Part shown: piece by piece, positions 39,455 through 54,382 of the stretch
Numbering within the stretch: position 1 is the first letter of the stretch
Layout of the letters: the number at the start of each line of letters is the position of its first letter
Assembly: GCF_006345805.1 (NCBI RefSeq)
Contig: NC_043011.1
Location: 50,790,464 to 50,854,463, forward strand
Length of the DNA stretch: 64,000 bases
DNA from: Octopus sinensis
Taxonomy: Eukaryota
Direction of reading: 5' to 3'
The notes under the pieces: generated by a model
What the model saw: the letters and a program-made list of their open reading frames with translations, nothing else
Databases searched by the model: none
What the model was told of the DNA's origin: nothing
Position numbers and translations under genes: made by a program

Positions 39455-42400
39455 GCTATTTTTTATTTTTTAGATTCACACCGTTGTTTCTGTTGTAAAC
39501 AGACAGGAGATGTGAAGAAGTGTTCGGTGGTCCAATGTGGCAGGTTTTATCACGACGTATGTGTGAGAAAGCATCCTCTCACGCGGGCTGAAAGCAAATC
39601 ATTCACCTGCCCCCTACACGTCTGTGTAACTTGTTCCGCCGACAGTAATAGTTCTAAAAATCCTAAAGCATCTAAAGGTAAGTTCAGTTATCTTTCTCCC
39701 TTTTTTATATATTTTTGTGGGGTTGATTAACCTGCAGGTCAGCATTGATTAATGCCCAGGTCAGTGTGATTAACACTGACTCAGCATGATTTGTGAGATT
39801 GATGAAAACTGTTCCAGTCATGACTTCCGTTTTCTTTTTTGTTTTAGTCATAGTGTACCTCGATATACATTCTGCACCATGTCTGCTCAACTTTAAGATA
39901 GGGTGTGATGTGAGGTAGATTTGGCTGCTGTGTTAGCATGTAGAGTTATCATTTAGAGGCTACTTTGTTTCATCTATTTCTGTGTGCACATGTATGTGTT
40001 TTGTATGTTTTACGTGTGCATGTGTGTGTGTCTGTATGCACAGCGCCTTGGGCAAGAGTCTTCTACTGTAGCCCCAAGCTGACCAAGGCTTTGTTAGATT
40101 TATAATAATAATAATAATAATTGTGTACAGTGCTCAGGTGCACTACAACTCATCTAAAGTGTATATATAATCAGGTGTAGTTTCGGCGGATTTCCGAAAG
40201 CATGAGGGCCTTAAAGGATGCAGTGTCATGGCAGTCAACAACTGACGCAGGCAGTTTGTTCCATGCTTCAGCAACTCTGAGCGTGAAGAAATGTTTCCGA
40301 AAGTCTTGGGAGCTGTGTTGTTTTCTGATTTTGTAGGCATGTCCACGTGTGTTAGACACATGGAGATCAAAAAGGTGTTCAGTGTTGTTGTTGGTGAGGT
40401 GGTTGATAACCTTGTGGGTGTTTAGGAACTAAAAGAAACCCATTGTGTGTGTGTGTGTGTGGTTTTGTTAATGTTTGTACTTCTTCAAAAATTGTTGAGC
40501 TTCAAGTTGTCATACTTGTCATTTCTTTCATCAACAAATCATTCACTGGTTTTGCACCTTCAAAGGCATGTAGACTATGAGATCCTTTCATTGAAGAATG
40601 GGTAAAGAGTTATCAAGAGGAAAGATATTTGGCTATAAAACAATGCCTTGATAATATTGCTGTCTAACCCATGTTACTTGGAGTAATGAATGTAAGACTC
40701 CACAAAGAAAAAAAATGAAGCTATCAATTTTGGGTTCGAAGAAGCTATTTTGAATTCTGTCATCTGTCATCTAATCATGAAGGTATCTATCATAGTAATG
40801 TCTTGATGTCTTAGAATTTAAGACTGGAACAGATGATTCCTTTTTCAAAGGTGAGATATTTTTGTATCATATTGTTTGGGCATTACATTGAACAGGTTGT
40901 TGTTCAATCTTCAAAGAGACTTTTAGATAAAGGCTTTCTGGACATGTCTATCCTATTTCTATTCACACATGGTGTATGTAGTAACCACTACATTATGCTA
41001 CATGTACTTGCTTATTTATATAAGATTGTTTGTTTAATTCTTGGACTGGGCTGCACATTTTGTACTTAAGCAAGGGACTTCATTTCACATTACTCCATCT
41101 ATCACCTGAGTCCATCATAATGTTTGCTCCTCTTCTATCCTTCAGCCAGGATGGGGCCACCTTTTTTTTTTTGTTCCGTTTGATGGCTGTGACAAAAGAA
41201 ATAGTTTGGTGAAGATCAGTGTGAATGAATACAAACACTTATCCTCTGTGGCCAATTCATTATACTCTTCTTTTATCTTCTTTTTTTTTACTTGTTTTAG
41301 TCATTCGACTGTGGCCATGATGGGGCACTGCCTTGGTACCACCTTGCACAAATTTACTGACGTACATACACACCATCATCGTCATTTAGCGTCTATTCTC
41401 CATAGCATCTGTTCTCCATTTTAGAATGGAAAATAGACAGGTGCTGCCCAGCTGCAGAGTTACCTGGGCTCCACTGGTCTGTTTTGGAATGGTTTCTACA
41501 GCTGGATGCCTTTTGTAATGCCAACTGCTTTACAGAGTGGACTATGTGCTTTTATATGGCACCAACACGGACGCTTTTACATAGCAGCACTAACACAGGT
41601 GCTTTTATGTGGCGTGGGCACTTTTACACGGCAGTGACATATTTGCTTTTACATGGCACTGGCACAGTCGCCATTAGGTGGCACCAGCACATGAGCTTGC
41701 AAGACTAGGGCCTCTCAGCCGAGAGAAGGACATAGAGGATATGACAACCACGATTTTACTTAGCTACATCATCATCATCATCGTTTAACGTCCGTTTTCC
41801 GCGCTAGCACGGGTTGGACGGTTCGACCGGGGTCTGGGTAGCCAGGTGCTGCCCCAGGCTCCAGTCTGATCTGGCAGTGATTCTACAGCTGGATGCCCTT
41901 CCTAACGCCAACCACTCCGCAAGTGTAGTGGGTGCTTTTTACGTGCCACCTGCACAGGTGCCAGAGGGGTCTGGCATCGGCCACTATCGGTTGGTGCTTT
42001 TTTTATGTGCCACCGGCACAGAAGCCAGTCAAGGCGGTGCTGGCATCGGCCACGTTCGGATGGTGCTTTTCATGTGCCACTGGCACAGAAGCCATTCGAG
42101 GCAGGGTTGGCATTGGTCACGTTCGGATGGTGCTTTTTATGTGCCACCGGCACAGAAGCCAGTGGAGGCTGACGTATGTAAAAAATCCTAATTACTATTT
42201 GATTAACCCTTTTTTCTTGTTCTGCTATTTTCCAGGTCGTTTGTGTCGATGTTTACGCTGCCCAACTGCCTACCATGTTGGAGATTTCTGTATTGGTGCT
42301 GGAAGTGTGACCTTGGCTGGCAACAATATTATCTGTAGTAATCATTTTGTGCCACCAAAGAACAAAAAAACTCCAACACACTTCAACGTTAGCTGGTGTT

Positions 42401-45400
42401 TTATCTGTAATTTAGGTAAACAACAATTCATTTTTTTTGTTTTTGTTTTGTTTGTATCCTCATTCTGTTTTTTTTTTTTTGTGTCTGTTTTTTTGCACAA
42501 ACTTGAAATTCATCAAATTTTCTTGTCAACAACAATCTATTGTTTTCACTTTTTTATAGAATGACACTATATGGCCTTATGTATGTTTAACCCTTTAGTA
42601 TTTAAACCGGCCATATCTGGCCAAAATAATTAATCTGTTTTATGTTCAAACCGACCAGATCCAGGCCCTCACACCTACCCTACAATGTTATTCTACATTA
42701 GGTAATTACACAATCAAAATCTTGAAGGTAGGAGATAATGCATGATTAATTCAAATCAATGTGAATCAATAAGCATTATGTTTGATAGAATAATCAGAAC
42801 ACTAAAGGGTTAAGAAGTTCATTTTATAACCACATAACTCCGAGTTCTATTTTGTGATGTTAGTACTGGGTTAAATGCTGAGATAACCATTTCCACAAAT
42901 GGTAGATTGATTGCATGTATTAAAATGCAAAACCAAATAATCCTTCAGATTAATTGGTTTCAAATTTTGGCATAAGGCCAACAATTTTGAAGGAGAGGAT
43001 AAGTCAATTACATAGACCTCACTAGTGCTCGTCTTGTACTTATTTTATTGATCCCGCCTCGGTGAAATTCAAATTGAGAATGTAAAGACAAGTGGAATGC
43101 CGCTAAGCATTTTTGCCTGGTGTTCTAACCATTCTGCCAGCTTGCTGCCTTGATTCTTCAAATTAGTTATTGGCTGAAGGTCGACATGTGATCTTCATTA
43201 ACCAAATGGTTCTTAGGATTCTCATTAATACTTAGAAACAATGTGTTGTCTATGAGTGAGGTCTCTAATTCTCTACTTCAGTTTTCCTCACCAAGCAAAA
43301 CAGTACAAGTCTTCAAGCTCTGTTTCACAGTGGAATTGGTTTGCAAGTCATCATCATCGTCATCATCATTGTTTTATGTCTGTTTTCCATGCTGGCATGG
43401 GTTGAATGGTTTGACTGGGGTCTGGGAAGCCAGGAGGCTGCACCAGGCCCCAATCTGATCTGGCAGTGTTTCTACAGCTGGATGCCCTTCCTTATGCCAA
43501 CCACTCCGAGAGTGTAGTGGGTGCCTTTTACGTGCCACCAGCACAAATATTTGTATTTACTTGGCAATTTCTGTCATTAAGCCACATATTTCTAAGGAGC
43601 CAATCACGGATTTATTGTATTTCTGATGGTAAGAGTGACAAGGAGATGTCTATACAATTTGGGTGCAAAGGACTTTGTTCTTGCAAAGGGCCCTGTTTGA
43701 GAACACCTGTTTCTTGCTGATGTTTAATTCTTTACCGTTATACATCATGACCCCTCTCACAAATCCTTTAACTTGAAAAATACGTATGGTTGATGATAAG
43801 AAGAGCATTCAGCAGTTAAAAACTTCAAAATAAGTCTCCATTCAACACTTGCCATCATCGTTATATAGTGATGGATGGAGGTATCATACAACATCCACTT
43901 TTAACAGCTTATTTTTTTGCTGTGAGAAATAGAAACATAGAACTCAAGAGTAGTGACAGAGGGAAGTTTCAGCTTTGAATAAACATGCGTGTATATATGT
44001 ATATATTCGTATACACTCACATATACCTGTCTGATGTAGTGTGCAATTCTGGTGAAAAAAACTAAAAAAAAATTTTTTTTTTTCTCTTTGTCCATTTGCA
44101 GGAGGTACCCTACTATGCTGCGATAGCTGCCCAGCTGCATTCCACCCTGATTGCATCAATGTTAACTGTTCCGAAGATACTTGGTACTGTCAGGATTGTG
44201 CCCGTGGCAAAAAGCCTCTTTATGGTGATATAGTTTGGGTCAAAGTTGGCAACTATAGGTAAACCTACCAATGTATTTATATACTCTTTCTCTCTTTTAC
44301 TCTTTTACTTGTTTCAGTCATTTGACTGCGGCCATGCTGGAGCACCGCCTTTTTTAATCGAGCAACTCAACCCCGGGATTTATTCTTTTGTAAGCCCAGT
44401 ACTTATTCTATCGGGACATAAACACACTAGCATCGGTTGTCAAGCAATGCTAGGGGAACAAACACAGACACACAAACATAACCACACACATATATATATA
44501 CATATACACGACGGGCTTCTTTCAGTTTCCGTCTACCAAATCCACTCACAAGGTTTTGGTCGGCCCGAGGCTATAGCAGAAGACACTTGCCCGAGGTGCC
44601 ACGCAGTGGGACTGAACCCGGAACCATGTGGTTGGTAAACAAGCTACTTACCACACAGCCACTCCTACGCCTATGCATTCTATTTTAGTTATAATAACTC
44701 TTTACTCTCTTTCAGTCATTTGATTGTAGCCATGCTGGAGCACCGCCTTTAGTCAACCAAATCGACCCCAGGACTTATTCTTTGTAAGCCTAGTACTTAT
44801 TCTATCGGTCTCTTTTGCCGAACTGCTAAGTGACGGGGGCGTAAACATACCAGCATCCGTTGTCAAGCGATGCTGGAGGGACAAACACAGACACACAAAC
44901 ATATACACGCACATACATATATACGACGGGCTTCTTTCAGTTTCCATCTACCAAATCCACTCACAAGGCTTTGGTCGGCCCGAGGCTATAGTAAAAGACA
45001 CTTGCCCAAGGTTCCACGCAGTGGGACTGAACCCGGAACCATGTACTTCGTAAGCAAGCTACGTACTACACAGCCACTCCTATGCCTATAATACCATATT
45101 TATTTATCATGTGAAAAATTTGATACAAAACACCAGGGTAGGTCACTGTTACAATTGAGTGAGAAAAGGATAAAATACATTGTTGATGTTCAGATATTTG
45201 AGATCACATTTCAGCTTCACATTCTGATTTGAAATCCTTCCATGCCTTAATTGGATAAAGGCTTAACTTGTCACCTGGTTTAGCGCTTTCACCAGGTACA
45301 TTGGTTGCATTTGATGGAGTGGTTGCATTTAGACAGGTCTCTGCTTTAAAGATGCCCCACCTCTCTCTTTCACACCAAGTCAATTAAATCAATCTCGGTA

Positions 45401-46128
45401 CTTGACTGGTACTTTATTGTACCAACCCTGAAAGGATGAAAAACAAAGTTGGCATTGGCAGGAATGTAAATAAATAAATAAATTCTTCTCCTCCTACCAT
45501 GACCACTACTGATTGGAAGTGTTATTGGTGTACATTGTTTTGTCATGGTATAAAAGATGGGCTACAGCAAGTATTCTGCTCAACACCACATATACTATAG
45601 GCTGAAGACCTAACATTTTTTAGAGCAGAGAGAGGACGTTAGTCGATTACATTGACACAGGTGTTCGACTGGTACTTATTTCATTGATCCCAAAAGGATC
45701 AGAGGCAAGGTGGACTTTGACTGCATTTTGGACTCTAAAACATAACCCTTTCTATATAGGCACAAAGCCTGAAATTTTGTTTGGGGGAAGGGGCTTGTCG
45801 ATTACATTGATCCCAGTACTTGACTGGTACTTATTTCATTGATCTCAAAAGGGTAAAAGGCAAAAGTCAACCTCAACAAGATTTGAACTCAGAATGTAAA
45901 AAGTATCTCATTTACTCATTTACTTGTTTCAGTCACTTGACTGCGGCCATGCTGGAGCACCGCCTTTAGTCGAGCAAATCGACCCCAGGACTTATTCTTT
46001 GTAAGCCCAGTACTTATTCTATCGGTCTCTTTTGCCGAAGCGCTAAGTGACGGGGACGTAAACACACCACCATCAGTTGTCAAGCGATGTTGTGGGGACA
46101 AACACAGACACACAAACACACACACATA

Positions 46129-46159
<31 letters not shown>

Positions 46160-49100
46160 AAATACGACAGGCTTCTTTCAGTTTCTGTCTACCAAATCCA
46201 CTCACAAGGCATTGACGAATGTAGATGAAAAGCTGCTCGGCATTTTGTCAGCATGCTAACAATTCTGCAAGGTTTTCTGTCTTGACTCAGAGTACTATAA
46301 TTATCATAATAAATAGTGTTTGTTGTAATAATAAGAACAATATTTAATGAAGGTGACCAGTGTTTAATTATTGTTGTCTTTCATCTCTCTAACGTCGTAG
46401 ATGGTGGCCAGGTGAAATTTGTCATCCGAAAAATGTTCCAATGAATATTCAACAGAAGCCGCATCAGATTGGAGAATTTCCTGTGCGATTTTTTGGTTCC
46501 CATGATTACTATTGGACAAACCAAGCTAGGTAAGTGATTAAGGGATCTGGTGTCCTTTTCCCAATTTGGAGTCTATTGATTCCTCTTTTCTCCACCTGTG
46601 TGACCAAATTTCTCTACCTTGGTATTCTTTTATCTCTTACTTGTTTGTTTCACTCATTAGACTGTAGCCACTCTTTCTTTCGTTGAGGAATGTCATGCTT
46701 GAAACTATTTCTTGTTGAGATATATCAAGTTTATTGAGGTAACATACATGACTTGTAAGAAATGCATATTTAGCATAATTGCTGGAATAACCCTAAAATT
46801 TAATTTTCACAGTTAAAGGGTTAATCACATGTTTTTGTTAGAGTTTCTTACTGAAACTTTTAGTCACAATATCAATGGTAGTTGTGACTACCATCGATAT
46901 AAGGGTAGTTCCAAGTACACTTTGTAAACTGGTTGGTATTAATAATAATAATAATAATTGTGTACAGTGCTCAGGTGCACTACAACTCATCTAAAGTGTA
47001 TATATAATCAGGTGTAGTTTCGGCGGATTTCGGAAAGCATGAGGGCCTTGAAGGATGCAGTGTCATGGCAGTCAACAACTGACGCAGGCAGTTTATTCCA
47101 TGCTTCAGCAACTCTGAGTGTGAAAAAGTTTCCGAAAGTCATGGGAGCTGTGTTGTTTTCTGACTTTGTAGGCATGTCCACGTGTGTTAGACACATGGAG
47201 AAGGGTATCCAGCCATAGAAAACACCAAAACAGATTGAAGCTTGGCGCAGTCTTCTGGCTTGTTGGTTCCTGTCAAACCATCCAACTCATGCCAGCATGG
47301 AAAATGGATGTTAAATATATATATATATATATATAAATTGAACTTATTTTATAGTGCTCAGGTGCACTACAAGTCATCAGAAAAAGTAACCAAAACTGGA
47401 TGAACAATTCATAGAAATAAGCGAACAGTGAATGTAAAAAAAAAAGTGTGGAGCATCAGGTATAACTGTTGGTGAATTCCAGCAAGCCCTGACAGCTAAC
47501 GACTGATGTGGGCAGTTTATTCCATTTTTCAGGTATTCTGTGCATGAAAAAATGTTTCCAAAATTCATACAACAACGACCAATTAACTATATTGATATTT
47601 TGTCAACATTGTTTTGTTTCTTTCCAGAGTTTTTCTGTTTCAAGAAGGTGATAAAGGCAGTAAAGATTCTTCAGCAACGAAAGGTTTGGCGAAAATATTT
47701 CGGGCAGGAATTGGTGAAGCTACGGAAGCATTTAAATTGTGGAAAGCAGCCAAAGAGAACCGGGATCAATTGGAAAATGAAAAAATTGGGAAGAAACCGG
47801 CACCGTTTAAATTTGTTAAAGTAAGTCTGGCACCACAGACACACATATAAATGTTGATTGTTGTCAGACTTAATAACCAGTGTGTGACTATTAACCCTTT
47901 AGCATTTAAACCGGCCATATCCGACCAAAAGTATTCTACCTGTTTTATGTTCAAACTGGCCAGATCTGGTCTCTCACACCAGCCCTACAATATCGTTTTA
48001 AAAATTAACAGCTACCTCATCAAAATCTCATAGCTCCAAGATAATGCCTGATTAGTTGAAGGTAATGTTGATAAAAAAGGATTAATTTTGGCAGAATAAT
48101 GCGAACACTAAAGGGTTAATGAATGAATGAATGTATGTATGTACTTAAGTGTGTGTTTGTGTTGAAATGATGACACTTAAAGGACTTTGTGTTTCATTCA
48201 AATTTTGAAAAGCACCTTTGTAATGATTTCCACAACTGTTATTCAATTTGAACTCCTATTGTTAAAAGGGGTGGGTTGATGGATGGGTGGAGTGTGGATC
48301 ATGGAATCATGTTGTTATTGTTATTATCTTTGTATTTATTTTTCTTTTTTTTATTATTATTATTATTGATTATCAATTATTGTCCCCTAATGAGTCCTGT
48401 TCAGACAAACCTATGATCAAAGATGTTTCCAGCCATGATGATTCTCTGTATTTGTACATCATTATTGTCTAGTGTGTTCTTTCTATTTTTAAGATGATGA
48501 GAAGTGATTTTGAGGTTTTCAGTTTTGTTATTATTTCATTTTATTTTTTCATTTCCTACTTTGACACATTTAATAATAATAATGAAATTATTGTATACAG
48601 TGCTCAGGTGCACCACAACTTGTCAGAAAGTGCATATAAAGTACATGCAGTAATGTAGAAATGTCTGGAAAGTGAACATGCTTGTGTGTGTATGGAGGGG
48701 AGAAAATCAAGTGTAGTGTTGGCGAATCTCAGGAAGCATGGAAGTCTTGAAGGATGCAGTGCTCCGACAACTAACAACCGATGCCGGCAGTTTGTTCCAC
48801 GCTTCAGCAACTCTCAGCGTGAAAAAATGTTTCCTGAAGTCATGGGAGCTGTGCTGTTTTCTTACTTTGTAAATATGTCCATGGGTGTTAGATGGGTGGA
48901 GTTTGAAGAGGTGCTCTGTGTTATTGTTTGTGCGATGGTTGATAATTTTATGGGTGTCTGCCAGGTCAGCTGCCAGACGTCGGAGTTTCAATGTCATTAG
49001 GTATAAAATATTCCTCTGCTAGCTTTGGCAGAATTGTTAATGAGTCAGGTAAAAGGCTTAACAGAATTTTTTCATCTGGGTTCAAATTCTGCCAAGTTCA

Positions 49101-52100
49101 ACTTTTGTCTTTCATCCTTTCAGGGTCGATAAAATAAGTACCAGCTCAGCACTGGTGTCTGTATAGTCAACTAGTTCACTCCCCTAAAATTTCAGGCGTT
49201 ATGCCTGTAGTAGAAAAGATTTATATGCTCATGTTAAAGATTTACATTCTTTAATGTGTGTGTGTGTGTGTGTGTGTAAGAATATTATTCATTGTTCCAT
49301 GCTAGCATGGGTTGGAAGATTTGACTGAGGACTGGTGAACCAGATGGCTGCACCAGGTCAGATTGGAGCCTGGTGCAGCCATCTGGTTCGCCAGTCCTCA
49401 GTCAAATCGTCCAACCCATGCTAGCATGGAAAGAAGACATTAAATGATGATGATAATGATGTCAAGATATTTGGAATATCAAAGGAGTTAGGTATAATTT
49501 ACCTTTCAATAATATAGTTCTTAATATTTCTAATATAGCTTAGAATTGTTAGCATACCAGGCAAAATGTTTAGTGGAATTTCATCTGGCTTCACATTGTG
49601 AGTCCAGATTCCAGTGAGGTCATCTCTGCCTTTCATCCTTTTGGGGTCAATAAAATAAGTACCAGTCGAACACTGGGGTTAATGTAGTTGATTTAGCCTC
49701 TGTCCTGAAATTGCTGGCCTTGTGTCAAAATTTGAAATTAACATTTCTAATATAGTTTTGTGTTGATTTCCCTTCTTAGCTGGGTTTTATACAAAAGATT
49801 TAATTATTGAGGTTTTATTAAGAAGAGATGTAAATTTAATGATGGAATTAATTGGCATTGGCTCCCCATTCATATCAGATGTTGCTTTTTTTTTTTCGAT
49901 TTCTCTGTAATTAGAGTCTGTGTTTCCTCTTATCTATGTAGACAGATCAGAAAGTCTGCATTGTATTATCATCATCATTTAACCCTTTAGTGTTTAAACC
50001 AGCCATATCTGGCCCAGATATTCTACATGTTTTATATTCAAACTGGTGATATCTAGCCTTTCACACCTACCCTACATAGGCACTCATCATCATCGTCATC
50101 ATCATCGTTTAACGTCCATTCTTCATGCTAGCATGGGTTGGACGGTTCGACCGGGGATCTGGGAAGCCAGAAGGCTGCACCAGGCTCCGGTCTTATCTGG
50201 CAATGTTTCTACAGCTGGATGCCCTTCCTAACGCCAGCCACTCCGTGAGTGTAGTGGGTGCTTTTTACGTGCCACCTGCACTGGAACCAAGCGAGGCTGG
50301 CATCGGCCACGGTCGGATTGGTGCATTTTACGTGCCACCTGCACGGAAGCCAGTCGAGGCGGCACTGGCTTAAAAATAAATAGTGACATTATTGAAACAT
50401 CAAAGCTATAAGGTAATGCATGATTAATTCAAGTTGATGATGATGAATTTGAATGAAGAAGTATTACATTTAACAGAATAATTTAAACACTAAAGGGTTA
50501 ATGTCTGCTTTCCATGCAGGCATGGGTCTGACTAGCTGGGAGTTGTCCAGATTCCAGTTGTCTGTTGTGGCATGGCTTCTACAAATGTCCATCATAATGC
50601 CAGCCACTTAACAGAGCATGTGATGGGTGCATTTGTGTGGCACAAGTGCATTTATGCAGCACTGACTCCTCAAAGGACAAACCTGTATGTGTGGAAGAGA
50701 GTGATTTGACTTAGCTTGATTTGTCTCATCAAGTATAGCAAATCGCTACACTTCCCAGTTTCTTGTCATTTCTTCAGTGAGGCCCAGCATCCAAAGATCC
50801 TTTGTCACCATGTTTTCCTGGGTCTACCCCTTCTACAGATACCCTCGACAATTAGAGCTCGGCACTTCTTTATGCAGCTATCTACATTCATAAGCATCAC
50901 ATAATCAAACCAATGCAGTCTTCTCTCTTGAATGTTTATTAATTCTTGATCATCTTGGTCTCCTGCAGACAAACCTTGCTGTCGGTAATGTCCAAATCCA
51001 CAAAGCTGACCTGTCTGAGATTCCACGGTGTGAATGCAGACCAGACATGGACAATCCATGTGGTTCGGACACGGAGTGCCTCAACCGGATGTTGATGTAT
51101 GAATGTCATCCTCAGGTGTGCCCGGCAGGAGAACGCTGCCAAAACCAACGTTTCACCAAACGCCTCTATCCCGATTCAGTGCCAGCAAAGACCTCGACAC
51201 GCGGATGGGGCTTAAAAACAAATGTAGATATTAAAAAGGTGAGTGAGTTTTTAATTTCGGTTTTTGGTATATGAAACTCTGTTATCAAATGCCAATCCAA
51301 TACTGTTCATGTGCTCAAATATATCAGACAATTTTACAGACTGCATTTTCATGATATATGAATAGATGTCTGTTATTTTGGAAGAGAACACTTGCTTTTC
51401 TTTTATAGGAAATTTTTGAGAGAGAAAATCTTCAGTTATATTTGAACACATGAAATAAGAATATTGTTTTTTGGTTGCAAGATCTTTACTGTTTTGGTTT
51501 TGTACAGTGTTGTGCTAGAAGTGAGTTGAATCTAATGGCCGAGCCACCTCTGGTTCTTCAACCTTAGTGACCAGCCTATGTTGTTATTCTTAACTTGGTG
51601 ATAAAATAATGATATTCCTTGACTTTGTTGAACAAATCATTTGTTAATCTTGCAATCTCAGTCAACAAGAACGTTTTTTTTATAATGATAATGACACACA
51701 CACACACATACACAGACACACACACACACACATACACAGACACACACACACACACGCATACATATACTTATTAAAGAGGGGGTGGTGCTGAAAAGTTCCT
51801 GGCTTTAAGAGTATCATGAAAGGCTTAGCTGGAAGCCCAACCTTCTGAGTTCTGTTGCAGGGCTTAACAAAACTGAAGGACTGCTGCATTAAGTGTGTGA
51901 ATCTGAGAGGGGAATATGTTGGATAAAATCATAATTAACTGATCCTCCTGAATTTTTTTTTTGCCAAATGCCAGAAACTTTTCCGCACCCCCTTGTGCAT
52001 ACATACATTTATATATATATATATATATATAAGCTCACACATACATGTATATTGTATATACATAGTCGGTGGCACGTAAAAGGCACCATCCGAATCGTGG

Positions 52101-52701
52101 CCGAAGCCAGTGCCGCCTCGACTGGCTTCCGTGCAGGTGGCACGTAAAATGCACCAATCCGCCCGTGGCCGATGCCAGCGTCACCTGGCTCCAGTGCAGG
52201 TGGCACGTAAAAAGCACCCACTACATTCACGGAGTGGTTGGCGTTAGGAAGGGCATCCAGCTGTAGAAACATTGCCAGATAAGACCGGAGCCTGGGGCAG
52301 CCTTCTGGCTTCCCAGATCCCAGATCCCCGGTCGAACCGTCCAACCCATGCTAGCATGGAAAACGGACGTTAAACGATGATGATGATGATGATGATACAC
52401 ATGCATTATGTATAGGTATTGGTGTATATGCATTTGTGCATGCTTGTGTATTTGTGTTTGTGCCTTGGAACCCTTTATGCATCTGCCATCCAAAACAAAA
52501 CGGAAAACACAAAGCGTTTGGCCATTCACCAGTTTATAGCGTTAAAATCCAAGAAAGTAAGTGTGTGTTACTTGGAAACAAGTAAATGCTGGTGATGGGA
52601 AGGTTGTCTGGCTGTGGAGTACTAGTTTTACTATGTCTCAGTTAATCCATGTGACCATGGAAAAAAGCAGATGTTAGAATAATGATGTTGATTTATATAT
52701 A

Positions 52702-52746
<45 letters not shown>

Positions 52747-53007
52747 AGTAATATCAAAGGGTAATCAGAAATATTAGAAATTACCATTACCAGTGGCCTA
52801 GCATGTAAAAATTTAGTCAATAGACTATATATTATTCATATGAATACAGTGTAGATTTAAACACACAAGAGGCATCCATCATAGGACCCCTTGCACACTA
52901 GAAAGAACAGCTAAATTCCAAACTACTATTAGGGATAAAATTTCGAAGTGTGCAAGGGATCCTATGATGGATGCCTCTTATGTGTTTAAATGTACACTGT
53001 ATTTATT

Positions 53008-53053
<46 letters not shown>

Positions 53054-53490
53054 AACCTTTATATAAATAAATAACGTGAAATACACGAAGGGACGAACAA
53101 AAAGACAAACAGGTCATTCAAAGCCTTCATTCTTCAGTCAGAAACTGATCCCTCATCGCAGATTTCGGCTGTTTAATTCTGACATATATATATGGAAGCG
53201 CAATGGCCCAGTGGTTAGGGCAGCGGACTCGTGGTCGTAGGATCGCGGTTTCGATTCCCAGACCGGGCATTGTGTGTGTTTATTGAGCGAAAATACCTAA
53301 AGGCTCCACGAAGCTCCAGCAGGGGTTGGTGATCCCTGCTGTACTCTTTCACCACTCTTTCTCTCACTCTTTCTTCTGTTGGCCTGCACGCTTAGCCAGC
53401 GGGGTGGTGTCATCCGAAGGCTAAAATAATGCGAACGCATTGTGACCATCGATGTGTAGCAACATCTGATGGTCTGGTCGGTCACGTGAT

Positions 53491-53528
<38 letters not shown>

Positions 53529-54339
53529 TAATAAAGCGATTGTTTATAAAGATATTATTGTTATTACTATCTGCAGTAAATATAAATCGATAACAACAAC
53601 AATAATATAGGTGGCTGCAGGCATTGAATAGTGTTAGATAGCTATACCTGTGAAATTTATATTTATCATAAGGGCACACGAAACACCTACCTGCTAGAAA
53701 GTGGAGTTATAGATTTACTCCACTTTCTAGCAGGTAGGTGTTTTGTGTGCCGTTATGATGTGTGTGTGTGTGTTCGTGTGTGTATTGTATGTATATATAC
53801 AATGTAATATTTTAAATTTATTTCAGGGTCAGTTTGTCAATGAATATGTTGGAGACCTAATTGATGAAGAAGAATGCAAAAAGAGAATATGGAAAGCACA
53901 TGAAGATAATATTTCTAACTTTTACATGTTAACACTTGACAAAAATAGGTAACTAATTTTTGTAGCAGTCTTAACTGGTGACTAGCCTTGGCCCTCGCTT
54001 CATTGGCAGTCTGTCTTTGATCTAGCTTTATTGGTAACCTGTTTCTGTATCCAAGGGTTGTTGCTTCATTGGAGGTGGTCTTTATGTGTACTATTAGCCT
54101 GCCTTATGCTGTCTAACTTATCTAGCTTAACTCTCTCTCTCTTTTACTCTCTTACTTGTTTCAGTCATTTGACTGTGGCCATGCTGGAGCACCGCCTTTA
54201 GTTGAGCAAATCGACCCCGGGACTTATTCTTTGTAAGCCCAGTACTTATGCTATCGGTCTCTTTTGCCGAACCGCTAAGTGACGGGGACGTAAACACACC
54301 AGCATCGGTTGTCAAGCAATGCTAGGGAGACAAACACAG

Positions 54340-54382
<43 letters not shown>

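Noticed and set aside
41932-42564. 210-aa ORF
   Set aside because: Chance fusion of an antisense RTE UTR with exon F and intron sequence; only 42236-42415 is coding
53095-53185. Minus-strand GAAA...CUGAAGA hammerhead-like words
   Set aside because: The cleavage triplet would end in G, and stems I and II are out of register; at most a degenerate Penelope relic
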